Assembly (NCBI GenBank): GCA_029262235.1
Contig: JAJCZU010000008.1
Location: 195,621-259,620, forward strand
From: Candidatus Eiseniibacteriota bacterium
GTDB lineage: Bacteria > Orphanbacterota > Orphanbacteria > Orphanbacterales > Orphanbacteraceae
Length of the DNA stretch: 64,000 bases
Direction: 5' to 3'
The notes beneath the pieces are model-generated. The model did no database searches. It saw only the letters and a list, made by a program, of their open reading frames with translations, and had not been told where the DNA came from. Shown here one piece after another: positions 32,962 to 42,012 of this stretch (position 1 is its first letter; each line of letters begins with the position of its first letter). The position numbers and the translations under genes are program-made.

Positions 32962-35033
32962 GGGCTTCCCTGCCGCGCGCCGAGCCGCGCGCGAATCGCC
33001 GCGTTCTCGGGGAATCGCGCCGCATAGTCGCGATAAAGAACGAGCGCCTCTTCGCCGCGGTCCGTCCGTTCCAGCACGGAGCCGTAGTCGAGAGCGATGT
33101 CGGCGCGATCGGGGTCGGCCGTGATCGCGCGCTCGAACGAACGCACGGCGCGATCGGGATCGTTCGCCTCGAAATAGAGACGGCCGAGCGCGGCGAACGC
33201 GCCCGCGTCCTTCTCCATCGCAATCGATCGTTCGAGATCCGCCACTGCGCCCTTGCTGTCACCGGCCCGACCGCGCACGTAGCCGCGGTTTCGCACGATG
33301 TCCGCGCGCCAGGGCTCGAGTGCCTGTGCCTGCGTCAGCAGCGCTTCCGCCTGTCCGTAGCGCCGGTCGTCCGACGCGAATGACGCCGCCAGAAGCCGCG
33401 CAGTCACGGAACCGGGGGCCTCGATGAGGGCGCGCGCGAATTCGTTCGCAATCTCCGCGCGTTCCGGTGCAAGACGCGTTTCGGGCACGCCGGTCACGGG
33501 ATGAATGTGCTTGTAGTGCGGCAGTTCCCGCGCCAGCGCTTCGCCCCGCGACACGTAGAGCAGCGAACTGTCGTCGAACCAGACGAGCGCCATCTGCTCA
33601 GGATCGGGAAGTCGCGGCGCCGCCCAGCGGTAGTCCATCAGGATGTGCCCGATTCCGTACTGCTCGATAATCGCGTCCCATTCATGCGAGCCGATATACG
33701 TGAGCGTCGGTTCGTGCAGCTGGCTGCGCCCGTCCGTGAACACGGGGCGCTCTCCCTGAAACCGCCAGATCAAATAGCCGCCGTAGAGATTCGAGTTGAA
33801 CAGGTTGCCCGCCGGGTCGATGCGTTCGAGCGCGTCCGCGCCCGCCACCGGGGCAAGGCGCTCGTTGATGCCCGCACCCCATACGTAAAGCCCGCGCGAG
33901 GCTTCGGTCGGCGCGGCCCGCACGATGAAGAACGCGAGAACCGCCGCCGCCAGCCCCGCGACAGCGCGCGCCGGAAGCGACGCGAACCAGGGCGCGAGGG
34001 AACGCGCCGCATACGGCAGCGAGAGCACGAGAAAGAGCGGAAAGAGGCGCGCCGTTCGCAGCGTGATGAGCGCGATCGGCGCAAGAACGACAACGGCGAC
34101 AGGATCCGCGCGCCGCGCGAGCGCGAGTGCGGCAATGCCCGCGATCCAGATCATGCGCCAGCGATCGAGTTCCCACGACATCGGCCGCAGTTCCACGATC
34201 GCGAACTTCGCGTAGTCCTGCACGTGTCCGATCGCAAACGAAACATAGCGCAAGTGATTCGGATTCACGAAACTCGCGAGAAGCGCGATCGCGGTCCAGA
34301 GCGCGAGCTGCCTGCGACGCCCCGCGTCGAGCGAACTCCAGGCGGGCCGGTACATCGCCGCAAGCGTTTCGCCGACCAGGATGCCCGCGAGCGTCAGCAG
34401 CCCGAACAGCACGCCGCTGTGAAACTGCACCCAGATGAACGTGACTACGGGAAGCCGGCGGAGCGAACGAGTGCTCGCGGGAGCGAGCTCTTCACTGTCG
34501 CGGCTCGGCCCTCCTGCGCGGAATCGAAGCACGATCGACCAGACGATCGCGAGGCCGAGATACGTGACGAGGTCGGGCCGGATGACGAAGCGAAAGCGCG
34601 CGAGAAGCAGCCCCGCAAAAAGAAGAGCGAGTGTGAGCGGCACGGACGCGCCGAACCGAAGCATCAGCGCGCCCAGAATCGAGAACGTGGCCCCCAGAAT
34701 CGCGAGCTTGAGTGCGATGGTGCCCGTGGGACCCGCGGCGTCGTGCACGAGGTATGTCACCACCTCCCACGCCCACTGTGTCGGGGGGTAGCTTCGCCCC
34801 TCGCTCGTGAACGAAAACGGATCGGCGAAATGAAGCGACTTCGTTTCGAGCGTGTGCTTCCCGTTCGCGAGATGCCACCAGTAGTCGGGCGCGTTGACAT
34901 GAAACCAGGCCAGACAGACGAGCGCGAGCAGCAGCGCGAGAGACACGAACACCACCGCGCCGACACTGCTCCGGTCGCCGCCGCGGGCGCCGTTTGTGCC
35001 GCCGCCACTCACATTCACGGGTTCGCGCGTCAT
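32958..35033 (-). CDS. polytopic membrane protein (GT-C-like fold?) with C-terminal TPR repeats
   Basis: About 11 hydrophobic segments in the first ~400 aa. The C-terminal 200 aa are TPR-like (YGQAEALLTQAQALEPW..., GAFAALGRLYFEAND...). The start overlaps the maf stop (ATGA). Confidence 0.6.
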   Translation of the reverse strand: MTREPVNVSGGGTNGARGGDRSSVGAVVFVSLALLLALVCLAWFHVNAPDYWWHLANGKHTLETKSLHFADPFSFTSEGRSYPPTQWAWEVVTYLVHDAAGPTGTIALKLAILGATFSILGALMLRFGASVPLTLALLFAGLLLARFRFVIRPDLVTYLGLAIVWSIVLRFRAGGPSRDSEELAPASTRSLRRLPVVTFIWVQFHSGVLFGLLTLAGILVGETLAAMYRPAWSSLDAGRRRQLALWTAIALLASFVNPNHLRYVSFAIGHVQDYAKFAIVELRPMSWELDRWRMIWIAGIAALALARRADPVAVVVLAPIALITLRTARLFPLFLVLSLPYAARSLAPWFASLPARAVAGLAAAVLAFFIVRAAPTEASRGLYVWGAGINERLAPVAGADALERIDPAGNLFNSNLYGGYLIWRFQGERPVFTDGRSQLHEPTLTYIGSHEWDAIIEQYGIGHILMDYRWAAPRLPDPEQMALVWFDDSSLLYVSRGEALARELPHYKHIHPVTGVPETRLAPERAEIANEFARALIEAPGSVTARLLAASFASDDRRYGQAEALLTQAQALEPWRADIVRNRGYVRGRAGDSKGAVADLERSIAMEKDAGAFAALGRLYFEANDPDRAVRSFERAITADPDRADIALDYGSVLERTDRGEEALVLYRDYAARFPENAAIRARLGARQGSP

Positions 35034-35611
35034 GGGAGCACCGTCACGCCCGCGCGCTGCAGCAGTTTTGCAAGCTTGATGAGCGGCAGCCCGATCCCGG
35101 AAGTCGGGTCGATCGAACGAATCTCTTCGAAAAGCGCGATCCCGAGCCCCTCGGTCTTGAAGGCGCCGGCGCAGTCGAGCACGTCCTCCCTGTCGACGTA
35201 CGCTTCGATCTCCTCACGCGCAAGCGGCCGCATGCGGAGCTCGACAATATCGACATCGCTCTCGACCCGCCCGTCCGCGACTACCGCCACGCCGGTCACG
35301 AGTCGATGGGTGCGTCCGGCGAGCAGCATCAACGACTCGACGGCCCGCGCCCGCGTGCCCGGCTTCTCGAGCGCAACGCCGCTCACTTCGGGAATCTGGT
35401 CCGAGCCGATCACGACGGCGCCGGCATGAAGAGCGGCGACGGACTGCGCCTTCTCGATCGCGAGCATGACAACACGCTCCTCGACCGGCAAGTGATCGAA
35501 CGCATGCTCGTCGCACACGGGCGGGATCGTTTCGTACTGCAGTTGAAGTCGGTCCAGAAGGGCGCGTCGGTAGCGTGATGTCGAGGCCAGAATGAGCGGG
35601 CGTTTGCTCAC
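35030..35611 (-). CDS. maf: Maf-like nucleoside triphosphate pyrophosphatase
   Basis: LILASTSRYRRALLDRL..., GSDQI.., LEKPG..A...L..L.GR.H.L.TGV. The GTG start at 35611 overlaps the upstream stop (GTGA). Confidence 0.85.
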   Translation of the reverse strand: MSKRPLILASTSRYRRALLDRLQLQYETIPPVCDEHAFDHLPVEERVVMLAIEKAQSVAALHAGAVVIGSDQIPEVSGVALEKPGTRARAVESLMLLAGRTHRLVTGVAVVADGRVESDVDIVELRMRPLAREEIEAYVDREDVLDCAGAFKTEGLGIALFEEIRSIDPTSGIGLPLIKLAKLLQRAGVTVLP

Positions 35612-36615
35612 GAATCGGCTTTCCTGCGCGGAGCAAGGCTCGTTTGTATCGTGCGGCGGATCCACCCGCCGAGCTTCTCGGAGTCGTCCCCGCCACCCGC
35701 GGCTTCGGGCAGTTCGCTGATCTTGATCTCGGCGCGCGCGGCGCTCTTGTGTCCACCCGCGCTTCCGATGTCACCGAACGCGTCCCGCACGGCTTTGCCC
35801 ACATCAGTGCGCGATCCCTTGCCGCGCAGAATCACGATCACGCGATTCCGGTACGTGCTCGCCACGGCGACCACCTGCACGTCTTCGACGCCGATAAAAG
35901 TGTCTGCAAGGATCACGAGGCTGTCGCCCTGCACCGGACCTTCGAGAAATACGAACAAGAACTTCTTTCGCACCTGAATGAGCGGGACCGCGCGACCGAT
36001 CAGATCGAGATCCGTGCGGGCAATTCTTTCATACTCGATCTGGCGAAGGCTTCGCATGTTCGCGAGCGGAAGCAGATGCGCATACGCGCTCACGTCTTTC
36101 CGCGAGGTCGAGCGCGTCAGCCCGTTCGTGTCTGTCTTGATGCCGAAGCAAAGAGCGGTGGCGAGCGGCGAAGGAATCTTGATCTTCCCGCGCACGAGGT
36201 ACTCGGTCATCATTGTGGCCGTCGCGCCGATCTTCGGGCGTATGTCCGTGTACGCGGCCACCGACGGGGTAAGCAGCGGATGATGATCGATCACGATGTC
36301 GACCTTCGGAAGCGTGACACCGTCGAAGTGATCGGGCTGCCCGTCCACAATGGCGACCTTCGAATAGCTCGACATATCAATCTTGTCGAGGCGCTCGCTT
36401 TTTATCTTGAGGATGCGAACCATGGCCCGGTTGTCGAGACGCTGGACCTCGCCGACATGAGCCACCTGGCTCGACTGCACCTTCCCCGTCACGATGCGCT
36501 TCAGCGCCCATGCGGAAGAAAGCGCGTCGGGGTCCGGCTTCATGATGATGAGAAGACGATCCGATGGCGAAAGGACCGCGTAAAGGTCCTTGAGGTGTTT
36601 AGGGGTGTGCGCCAT
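35608..36615 (-). CDS. DHH/DHHA1 phosphoesterase (NrnA-like)
   Basis: Start at MAHTPK. Motifs IIMKPDPDALSS, VDIVIDHHP (DHH), GGHKSAA (DHHA1 GGH). Confidence 0.8.
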   Translation of the reverse strand: MAHTPKHLKDLYAVLSPSDRLLIIMKPDPDALSSAWALKRIVTGKVQSSQVAHVGEVQRLDNRAMVRILKIKSERLDKIDMSSYSKVAIVDGQPDHFDGVTLPKVDIVIDHHPLLTPSVAAYTDIRPKIGATATMMTEYLVRGKIKIPSPLATALCFGIKTDTNGLTRSTSRKDVSAYAHLLPLANMRSLRQIEYERIARTDLDLIGRAVPLIQVRKKFLFVFLEGPVQGDSLVILADTFIGVEDVQVVAVASTYRNRVIVILRGKGSRTDVGKAVRDAFGDIGSAGGHKSAARAEIKISELPEAAGGGDDSEKLGGWIRRTIQTSLAPRRKADS

Positions 36616-36637
36616 GCGATCCGATCGTTCGTACGCT

Positions 36638-37765
36638 CTAGAGATTGCCCGGATTGAGGCCGTCGAGCTCGGGGAGCACGAAGATACCGTCTTTCCGGAT
36701 GAGGCGGTCGTCGAAGTAGATCTCGCCGCCGCCATACTCGGGCGTTTGAATCAGGACCATGTCCCAGTGAACTGTCGAGCGGTTCGAGTTGTCCGCGTCG
36801 TCATAAGCACTGCCGACCGCCATATGAAGCGAGCCGCCGATTTTCTCGTCGAACAGAATGTCGCACATGGGGTTCTTGATCTTCGGGTTGAAACCGAGCG
36901 AGAACTCCCCGACATAACGCGAGCCGTCATCCGAGTCGAGAATCTTCGCGAGAGCTTCGTTGTTCGATGACGAGAAGTCGACGATCTTGCCGTCTTTGTA
37001 AACCAGCTTGATGTTTTCGAACTTCGTCCCGTGATAAATCGTCTGCGAGTTGAACGCGATCACACCCTGAATGCTGTCTTTGACCGGCGCCGTAAAACAT
37101 TCGCCGTCGGGAATGTTGCGGAGCCCGGAACACGGAACCGTCGGAATCCCCTTGATCGAAAACTGCAGATTCGTTTCGCCGGGCCCTTTGATGTGCACTT
37201 TGTCAGTGGCATCCATCAGCTTGACGAGCGGCTTCACGGCTTCGCCCATCCGCGCGTAATCGACCAGCACGACATCGAAATAGAAATCTTCGAACTTGTC
37301 CGTACTCATGCCGGCCTGCTGCGCCATCGACGGCGTCGGCCACCGGAGCACGACCCACTTCGTGTTCGGCACGCGCACTTTGCCGTGCACGTTCGCGAAC
37401 ACGTTCTTCTGATAGCTCTGCATCTTCTCGGAGGGAATGTCGGCGAACTCCGTGGTATTCCACGATCCACGGATCCCGATGTACGCCTGTACCTGCTCCA
37501 TCTGGAAACGCTCGATCTTCCCGATCAGCTTCATGCGTTCTTCGATTTGCGCCGGGCTCCCGATATTGTAGAGGTCGCGCTGCACCTGGTTGTCTTTCCA
37601 GTGCACGATCGGAATCCCGCCGGCGTCGGATGCGGCCCGAATCAGGGCGGTCACCATCGAGCGCGGAATGTCGAAGGCTTCGATCAGAACGACCTCGCCC
37701 TTCTTGAGCTCGACCGAATGCTCGATCAGCAGCTCCGCAAGCTTTGTTTCTCTCGGGTCTGTCAT
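36638..37765 (-). CDS. M29-family aminopeptidase (AmpS/PepS-like)
   Basis: 375 aa. The N-terminal KLAELLIEHSVELKKGEVVLIE and the overall colinearity are typical of the thermophilic metalloprotease family M29. Confidence 0.8.
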   Translation of the reverse strand: MTDPRETKLAELLIEHSVELKKGEVVLIEAFDIPRSMVTALIRAASDAGGIPIVHWKDNQVQRDLYNIGSPAQIEERMKLIGKIERFQMEQVQAYIGIRGSWNTTEFADIPSEKMQSYQKNVFANVHGKVRVPNTKWVVLRWPTPSMAQQAGMSTDKFEDFYFDVVLVDYARMGEAVKPLVKLMDATDKVHIKGPGETNLQFSIKGIPTVPCSGLRNIPDGECFTAPVKDSIQGVIAFNSQTIYHGTKFENIKLVYKDGKIVDFSSSNNEALAKILDSDDGSRYVGEFSLGFNPKIKNPMCDILFDEKIGGSLHMAVGSAYDDADNSNRSTVHWDMVLIQTPEYGGGEIYFDDRLIRKDGIFVLPELDGLNPGNL

Positions 37766-37792
37766 GATTCCTCCAGAGGCGGGTACGGCAGC

Positions 37793-38470
37793 CTACTCGC
37801 TCGGATCCGGGTCCTCGTCGTAATAGTCGATCTGATCGATCGGAAGCACGACGGTCGTGGCGATGTTCGTAAGGTGGCCGGCAATTCGTTTGTAGTAGCG
37901 GAAGATCAGCGCGAACGCCACGATGTTCCGGAACGGCTTCTCGGTCGCCATGTATCCGTCGACATACTTGTCGCAACGCTTCGCGAGAGGTCCGTTGATT
38001 TCGATGATCTTGCGGGCGCGCCCCTCGTCCTGTACGCGGAAACTGTCGACCGCGAGATTCATCATTTCGAGGATCTCTTCGCGCATGACCCGCAGCTGCT
38101 TCTGGTCTTCTTCCGGACCTTCGCCCGGCACGAGCAACTCGATGGCTTCAAACATGTTCTTACAGTAGTCGCCGATCCGCTCCGCATCCTTCACAACGCT
38201 CATCAGAATCAGCGACGCCGTAATGTCGCTCTTCGGATTCACCGTGAGATGCTCGACGATCCGACGCCGAATACGCTGCTGCTGCAGATTGATATTGTGA
38301 TCGACGTCGTAAAATTTCTGCTTCGTCGAGCTGATTTCCTCGCCGGCCATCCAGCGGTCCGTCAGCTCCTGAAACATGAAGCGCCCGTCAACGAGCATGC
38401 CGAGAAAGTCGTCGCTCATCTGGGAGAGCAGCGATTTCCCGGACCAGATTTTCATTAGTTGCTTGAACAT
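37793..38470 (-). CDS. PhoU-domain regulatory protein
   Basis: Two PhoU-like helical repeats with the DxxxERIGD motif (KDAERIGDYCKN; YKRIAGHLTNIA). Adjacent to the Na/Pi cotransporter. Confidence 0.7.
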   Translation of the reverse strand: MFKQLMKIWSGKSLLSQMSDDFLGMLVDGRFMFQELTDRWMAGEEISSTKQKFYDVDHNINLQQQRIRRRIVEHLTVNPKSDITASLILMSVVKDAERIGDYCKNMFEAIELLVPGEGPEEDQKQLRVMREEILEMMNLAVDSFRVQDEGRARKIIEINGPLAKRCDKYVDGYMATEKPFRNIVAFALIFRYYKRIAGHLTNIATTVVLPIDQIDYYDEDPDPSE

Positions 38471-38488
38471 CGTCGTAGCTTTCCCGGC

Positions 38489-39628
38489 CTAAATGCCTTT
38501 GATCATATTGTATACGAGAACCATCACGAGTGGGAGTCCAAAGAAAATGCCCAGAACGTAAACAAGCGCGTACCGCTTGGACTTGACCGCCATCGAGGCG
38601 AACCGCGTGGCCATGCGGGGCGGCAGTACGCGCAGGGCGGGCACTGCCAGGAAGATGACCATTCCCGAAACGTTGAACAGGAAGTGAACGAGCGCGATGG
38701 TCAGCGCCTCGGGGCGGTCGGCCGCGAGCGACGCCAGGATCGAAGTGAAAGTGGTGCCGATATTGGCGCCCATCGTGATGTAGAAGACCTGCTGAAGCTG
38801 CACGAGGTTGGCCGCGATCAGCGGGATCATGAACGAGGTCGTGATGCTCGAGGATTGCACGAGAAACGTGACCGCGAAGCCGAGCAGAATTCCGAACAGC
38901 GGGCTTCTCGTGACGAAACGGTCGATCACGTTTTCCACCGTGGAAGTCAAAGTCGCCCGCAGCACTTTGACGAGTCCGCTGAGACAGAGAAAGAGAAGAC
39001 CGAGCGAAACCACGATCAGCACGATCGCCGCAATCTGCGGCGAGAGCTGCATGATGCTGGTATCACCTGTCAGAAAATGCTCGCACCATTTCACGACCGG
39101 CTTCGTGATGACTTTCACCGGGCTCGTGAATTCCGCGCCGGATGAACTTCCGTGCAGAAGCTGCGTCGCCCACGTCGCCGTCTTTCTCAAGAATCCGGTC
39201 GCAATTTCGAGCGGAAGAAAAAAGAGCACGAGCATGAAGTTGAAGAAATCGTGAACGGTGGCGCCGGCAAAAGCGCGTTCGAACTCTTCGTCACGGGTCA
39301 GGTGCCCCATCGAAACGAGTGTGTTCGTGACAGTGGTCCCGATATTCGCGCCCATGATGAGCGGAACGGCCGCCTGCACTCCAAGGGTCCCCGCAGACAC
39401 GAGGCCGACCACGAGCGAAGTCGTAAACGATGACGACTGCACGAGCGCGGTGGCGAGAATCCCGACGAAAAGGCCGACAAACGGATTCTCGGTATGAGCG
39501 AACAGCGATTCCGCAAACTCTTTACCAAGCAGCTTGAAAGCCCCGCTCAGCAGCGAGATGCTGAGCAGGAATCCATATAATAGAAGGACAATGGAAAGTA
39601 CGTTCGTGAATTGCTGTGGTTTTCGCAT
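38489..39628 (-). CDS. Na+/phosphate cotransporter family protein (NptA-like)
   Basis: Duplicated SSSxTTS / GANIGTTxT motifs: QSSSFTTSLVVGL...GANIGTTVTN and QSSSITTSFMIPL...GANIGTTFTS. Confidence 0.85.
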   Translation of the reverse strand: MRKPQQFTNVLSIVLLLYGFLLSISLLSGAFKLLGKEFAESLFAHTENPFVGLFVGILATALVQSSSFTTSLVVGLVSAGTLGVQAAVPLIMGANIGTTVTNTLVSMGHLTRDEEFERAFAGATVHDFFNFMLVLFFLPLEIATGFLRKTATWATQLLHGSSSGAEFTSPVKVITKPVVKWCEHFLTGDTSIMQLSPQIAAIVLIVVSLGLLFLCLSGLVKVLRATLTSTVENVIDRFVTRSPLFGILLGFAVTFLVQSSSITTSFMIPLIAANLVQLQQVFYITMGANIGTTFTSILASLAADRPEALTIALVHFLFNVSGMVIFLAVPALRVLPPRMATRFASMAVKSKRYALVYVLGIFFGLPLVMVLVYNMIKGI

Positions 39629-39794
39629 GGTTCTCGCAGCGATCTTTCGTTTTCAGAGTCGACTCTGAATGGGTCGCGATTGTTTTCAGCTTACGAGGTG
39701 AACCCGAAACCGGTCCTGGCTGCCGGGAGGCGAGTCATCGATGTGTAGACAGTCCGCAAACGGTATCAAATTACGCGGCGGGAGGAATAGTACT

Positions 39795-41324
39795 TTATCC
39801 GCGCTCGGGGAGTGACCGCCAGACCGGCCCGTTGCGCCCGGCACGGTTCCTCTTTTCGAGCCGGAAGAGATGCGCGAGAACCGATCGCTCCGCGAGCGCC
39901 TGCAGATCCGGTGATACGTCCGTATATGCCTTTTCTACAATCGCTTGAGTCGTTGCCGGGCCTTCGTTCAGAACGGCCAGTATCGCCGCCTCACGCGCCA
40001 TTCTGTGATCCACATACCGCCCGATCAGGCCCGCGGGATCACCGACAACGGCGCCATGCCCCCCGATCAGAATCCACGCGTCCAGCGCGCGCAGTTTCTC
40101 GAGAGAGGCGAGATAGTCGTCCATGTCGCCGTTCGGCGGATTCACGAGCACGGAACCGTGCCCGAGTACATGATCTCCCGCGATCAGAACGCGGGTCGAC
40201 TCTTCGAAAAACGCCAGATGCCCCGGCGCGTGACCGGGCGTGTGCACCGCCAGCAGTGTCCGCTCCCGCGGGCCGGCCAGGCGGATTCGCTCGCTGTCCT
40301 CGATCGCACGATCGAACGTGAAGTCAGGGAGCAGGTCGATCGTGGCCTGATGGGCCTCGACAGGGATGCCGTACCTTTCGCGTGCCGCCCGCACCGCCCC
40401 GATGTGATCCGGATGATGATGCGTCAGCAGAATTCGTGACGGCGTGCGCCCCTTCTCCGCCAGATCATCGATCATCGCGAACAGGACGCGCTGCTCGTCC
40501 CGGTCCTCAGGAGCGGGATCGATGAGGGCCATCTCCCCTTCGCCGAACAGAATCGTGTTCGTATGCGTCGCCGGGGGGAGCGTCCGCGTCTGCAGCGGGA
40601 CGAGCACGACGCCCGCGAGAATCTCGATCCGTCGCGTCGGCTCCCCGTGCGCTCCCCCGTGCGCGAGCGCGCGCTCCGCCACCTCACCGAGACTCCCCCC
40701 CGGCTCGATCGCTTCGAGCGTCGCCCTCGTGGGCGGCACGAGCAGAATCTCCAGCGAGCGCCATCTCGCGAGCGCCTCCCCCGCCGGCATCCAGTCCCAG
40801 CCCGCGATTTCCGGCGAGCGAAGGGAGATCTCCCTCTTCTCGCTCACGTCGACCAGAAAGAAATGCGTGTCGAACCGCCGAAACGAGAACGGGGGTGTCA
40901 GCCAGTTTCCGGCGGAAACGAACCCGCGCGCGTCAAGAGAGAGCCCCGCCTCTTCGAGGAGAGTCGCAAGCGGCGTCCCGTCGCGCTCGTACCGGTCCCA
41001 GAGTGCGCGCTGCTCCGCGGGCGGAATCGCCGGTTCCGCGAGCAGAATCGACGTTTCCTCGAAGAGCTCGCGGAGCGCCGCGGCCCGCAGGCCCCCGGAA
41101 TCACCGCCCAGGACCGGGAGATCCACGTCCGCGCGGTCGACCACGCCGCCGGGAAAACCGTGAAAGCCTCCCAGGAACGGCTGACTGGCCGAGCGACGAA
41201 CCAGGAGCACGTCTTTTCCGTCCCGCAGCACGACGGTGGCCGCGCGGCGCGGCTTGCGGGTTTTTTCGCTCGCGCTTCGGGTCAGATCACCCAAGGTGAT
41301 ACTCCGTGCCCCCCTGGGGGCCAA
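39795..41324 (-). CDS. NUDIX hydrolase - MBL-fold metallo-hydrolase fusion protein
   Basis: NUDIX box GGFHGFPGGVVD...ALRELFEETSI in the N-terminal 150 aa. HxHxDH motif (LLTHHHPDHIGA) and a downstream HTPGHAPGH in the C-terminal half. Confidence 0.8.
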   Translation of the reverse strand: MAPRGARSITLGDLTRSASEKTRKPRRAATVVLRDGKDVLLVRRSASQPFLGGFHGFPGGVVDRADVDLPVLGGDSGGLRAAALRELFEETSILLAEPAIPPAEQRALWDRYERDGTPLATLLEEAGLSLDARGFVSAGNWLTPPFSFRRFDTHFFLVDVSEKREISLRSPEIAGWDWMPAGEALARWRSLEILLVPPTRATLEAIEPGGSLGEVAERALAHGGAHGEPTRRIEILAGVVLVPLQTRTLPPATHTNTILFGEGEMALIDPAPEDRDEQRVLFAMIDDLAEKGRTPSRILLTHHHPDHIGAVRAARERYGIPVEAHQATIDLLPDFTFDRAIEDSERIRLAGPRERTLLAVHTPGHAPGHLAFFEESTRVLIAGDHVLGHGSVLVNPPNGDMDDYLASLEKLRALDAWILIGGHGAVVGDPAGLIGRYVDHRMAREAAILAVLNEGPATTQAIVEKAYTDVSPDLQALAERSVLAHLFRLEKRNRAGRNGPVWRSLPERG

Positions 41325-41601
41325 TTCCGTAAACTATGGTGCATGCAGTCAAAATATGACAACTCCTGTAGACAGTTCACGCCTTTTGCCCGCCTCCTGG
41401 GTTGACGCTCGAAGCGATTCATTTTGAAAGAGTTAGGGCAATTGCCGGGGATTCGGTCACCACTTGCTAACTTTGGTTGTCAGTTCAATCTTGATATGGA
41501 AGCGGCCTCTCGCTCTCATGCCGACATCCAATCCACGTTAAATACAACAAATCCATGTCGTTGTCCGTAAAAATTCTTTTATTCCTTTGTGACTGCAATG
41601 C

Positions 41602-41617
41602 TGGCACAACCGTTGCA
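41602..41617 (+). promoter_or_regulatory. sigma-54 (-24/-12) promoter, exact TGGCAC-N5-TTGCA
   Basis: cTGGCACaaccgTTGCAtt. The GG and GC dinucleotides have the canonical spacing. An AT-rich tract (41560-41595) lies immediately upstream. It sits in a 690-nt non-coding gap. Confidence 0.55.
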
Positions 41618-41627
41618 TTAACCAAGT

Positions 41628-41758
41628 GCATGGCCGAACGGGAGACCGGCCTGATCGAATACCTCGGCTTCGCATGTTGTTGCTTTCCTCAATGGGGGAG
41701 CGTGGGGAGGCAGTGACTTCGCCGAGGATTGAGAGGGAGCCTTCGGGCTCCCTTTTTT
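41628..41758 (+). ncRNA. candidate sigma-54-dependent small RNA (~130 nt)
   Basis: The predicted +1 is ~12 nt after the -12 GC. Hairpin GGCCG(41632-36)/CGGCC(41647-51). Long hairpin CCTCGGC(41662-68)/GCCGAGG(41721-27). Several GGA/GGGGA motifs. Ends at the GGGAGCC-TTCG-GGCTCCC hairpin plus T6 (41735-41758). No plausible CDS. Confidence 0.4.
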
Positions 41759-41927
41759 ATTGGTATTCAACCCCCGCGCGCTCACTTCAGGGAAGCCTTC
41801 GGGCTCCCTTTTTTATTGGTATTCAACCCCCGCGCGCTCACTCCAGGGAGCCTGCGGCTCCCTTTTTTATTGGTATTCAACCCCCGCGCGCTCACTTCAG
41901 GGAAGCCTTCGGGCTCCCTCCCTTTTT
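41735..41927 (+). repeat. tandem array (about 3.5 x 54-56 nt) in which every unit is a terminator-like hairpin + T5-6 followed by a conserved 31-nt spacer
   Basis: Hairpins at 41735-52, 41790-808, 41846-62 and 41900-18. T runs at 41753-58, 41809-14, 41863-68 and 41923-27. The spacer ATTGGTATTCAACCCCCGCGCGCTCACT(T/C)CA is repeated three times. Confidence 0.9.
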
Positions 41928-42012
41928 CGACCACACCCTTTCCCCTGTCCCGCCCGTCGATTATACTCTGCAGGAATCCCGGCATGAACCCCGAACGAAG
42001 CGAGTCCCTCAC

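Noticed and set aside
41735-41927. Possible CRISPR array
   Set aside because: The sequences between the hairpins are identical to each other, so they are not unique spacers. The unit length is ~55 nt with a U-tract, and no cas genes are nearby.
41626-42012. N-terminal 129-aa extension of IspH (and ORFs 41729-42016 and 41760-41987) reading through the tandem repeats
   Set aside because: The extension would translate four GC hairpin + T6 units into PPRAHFREAFGLPFFIGIQ-type repeats. All three frames are open there simply because the repeat lacks stop triplets. It starts at a GTG inside the predicted sRNA and has no RBS. IspH homology begins only near 42013.
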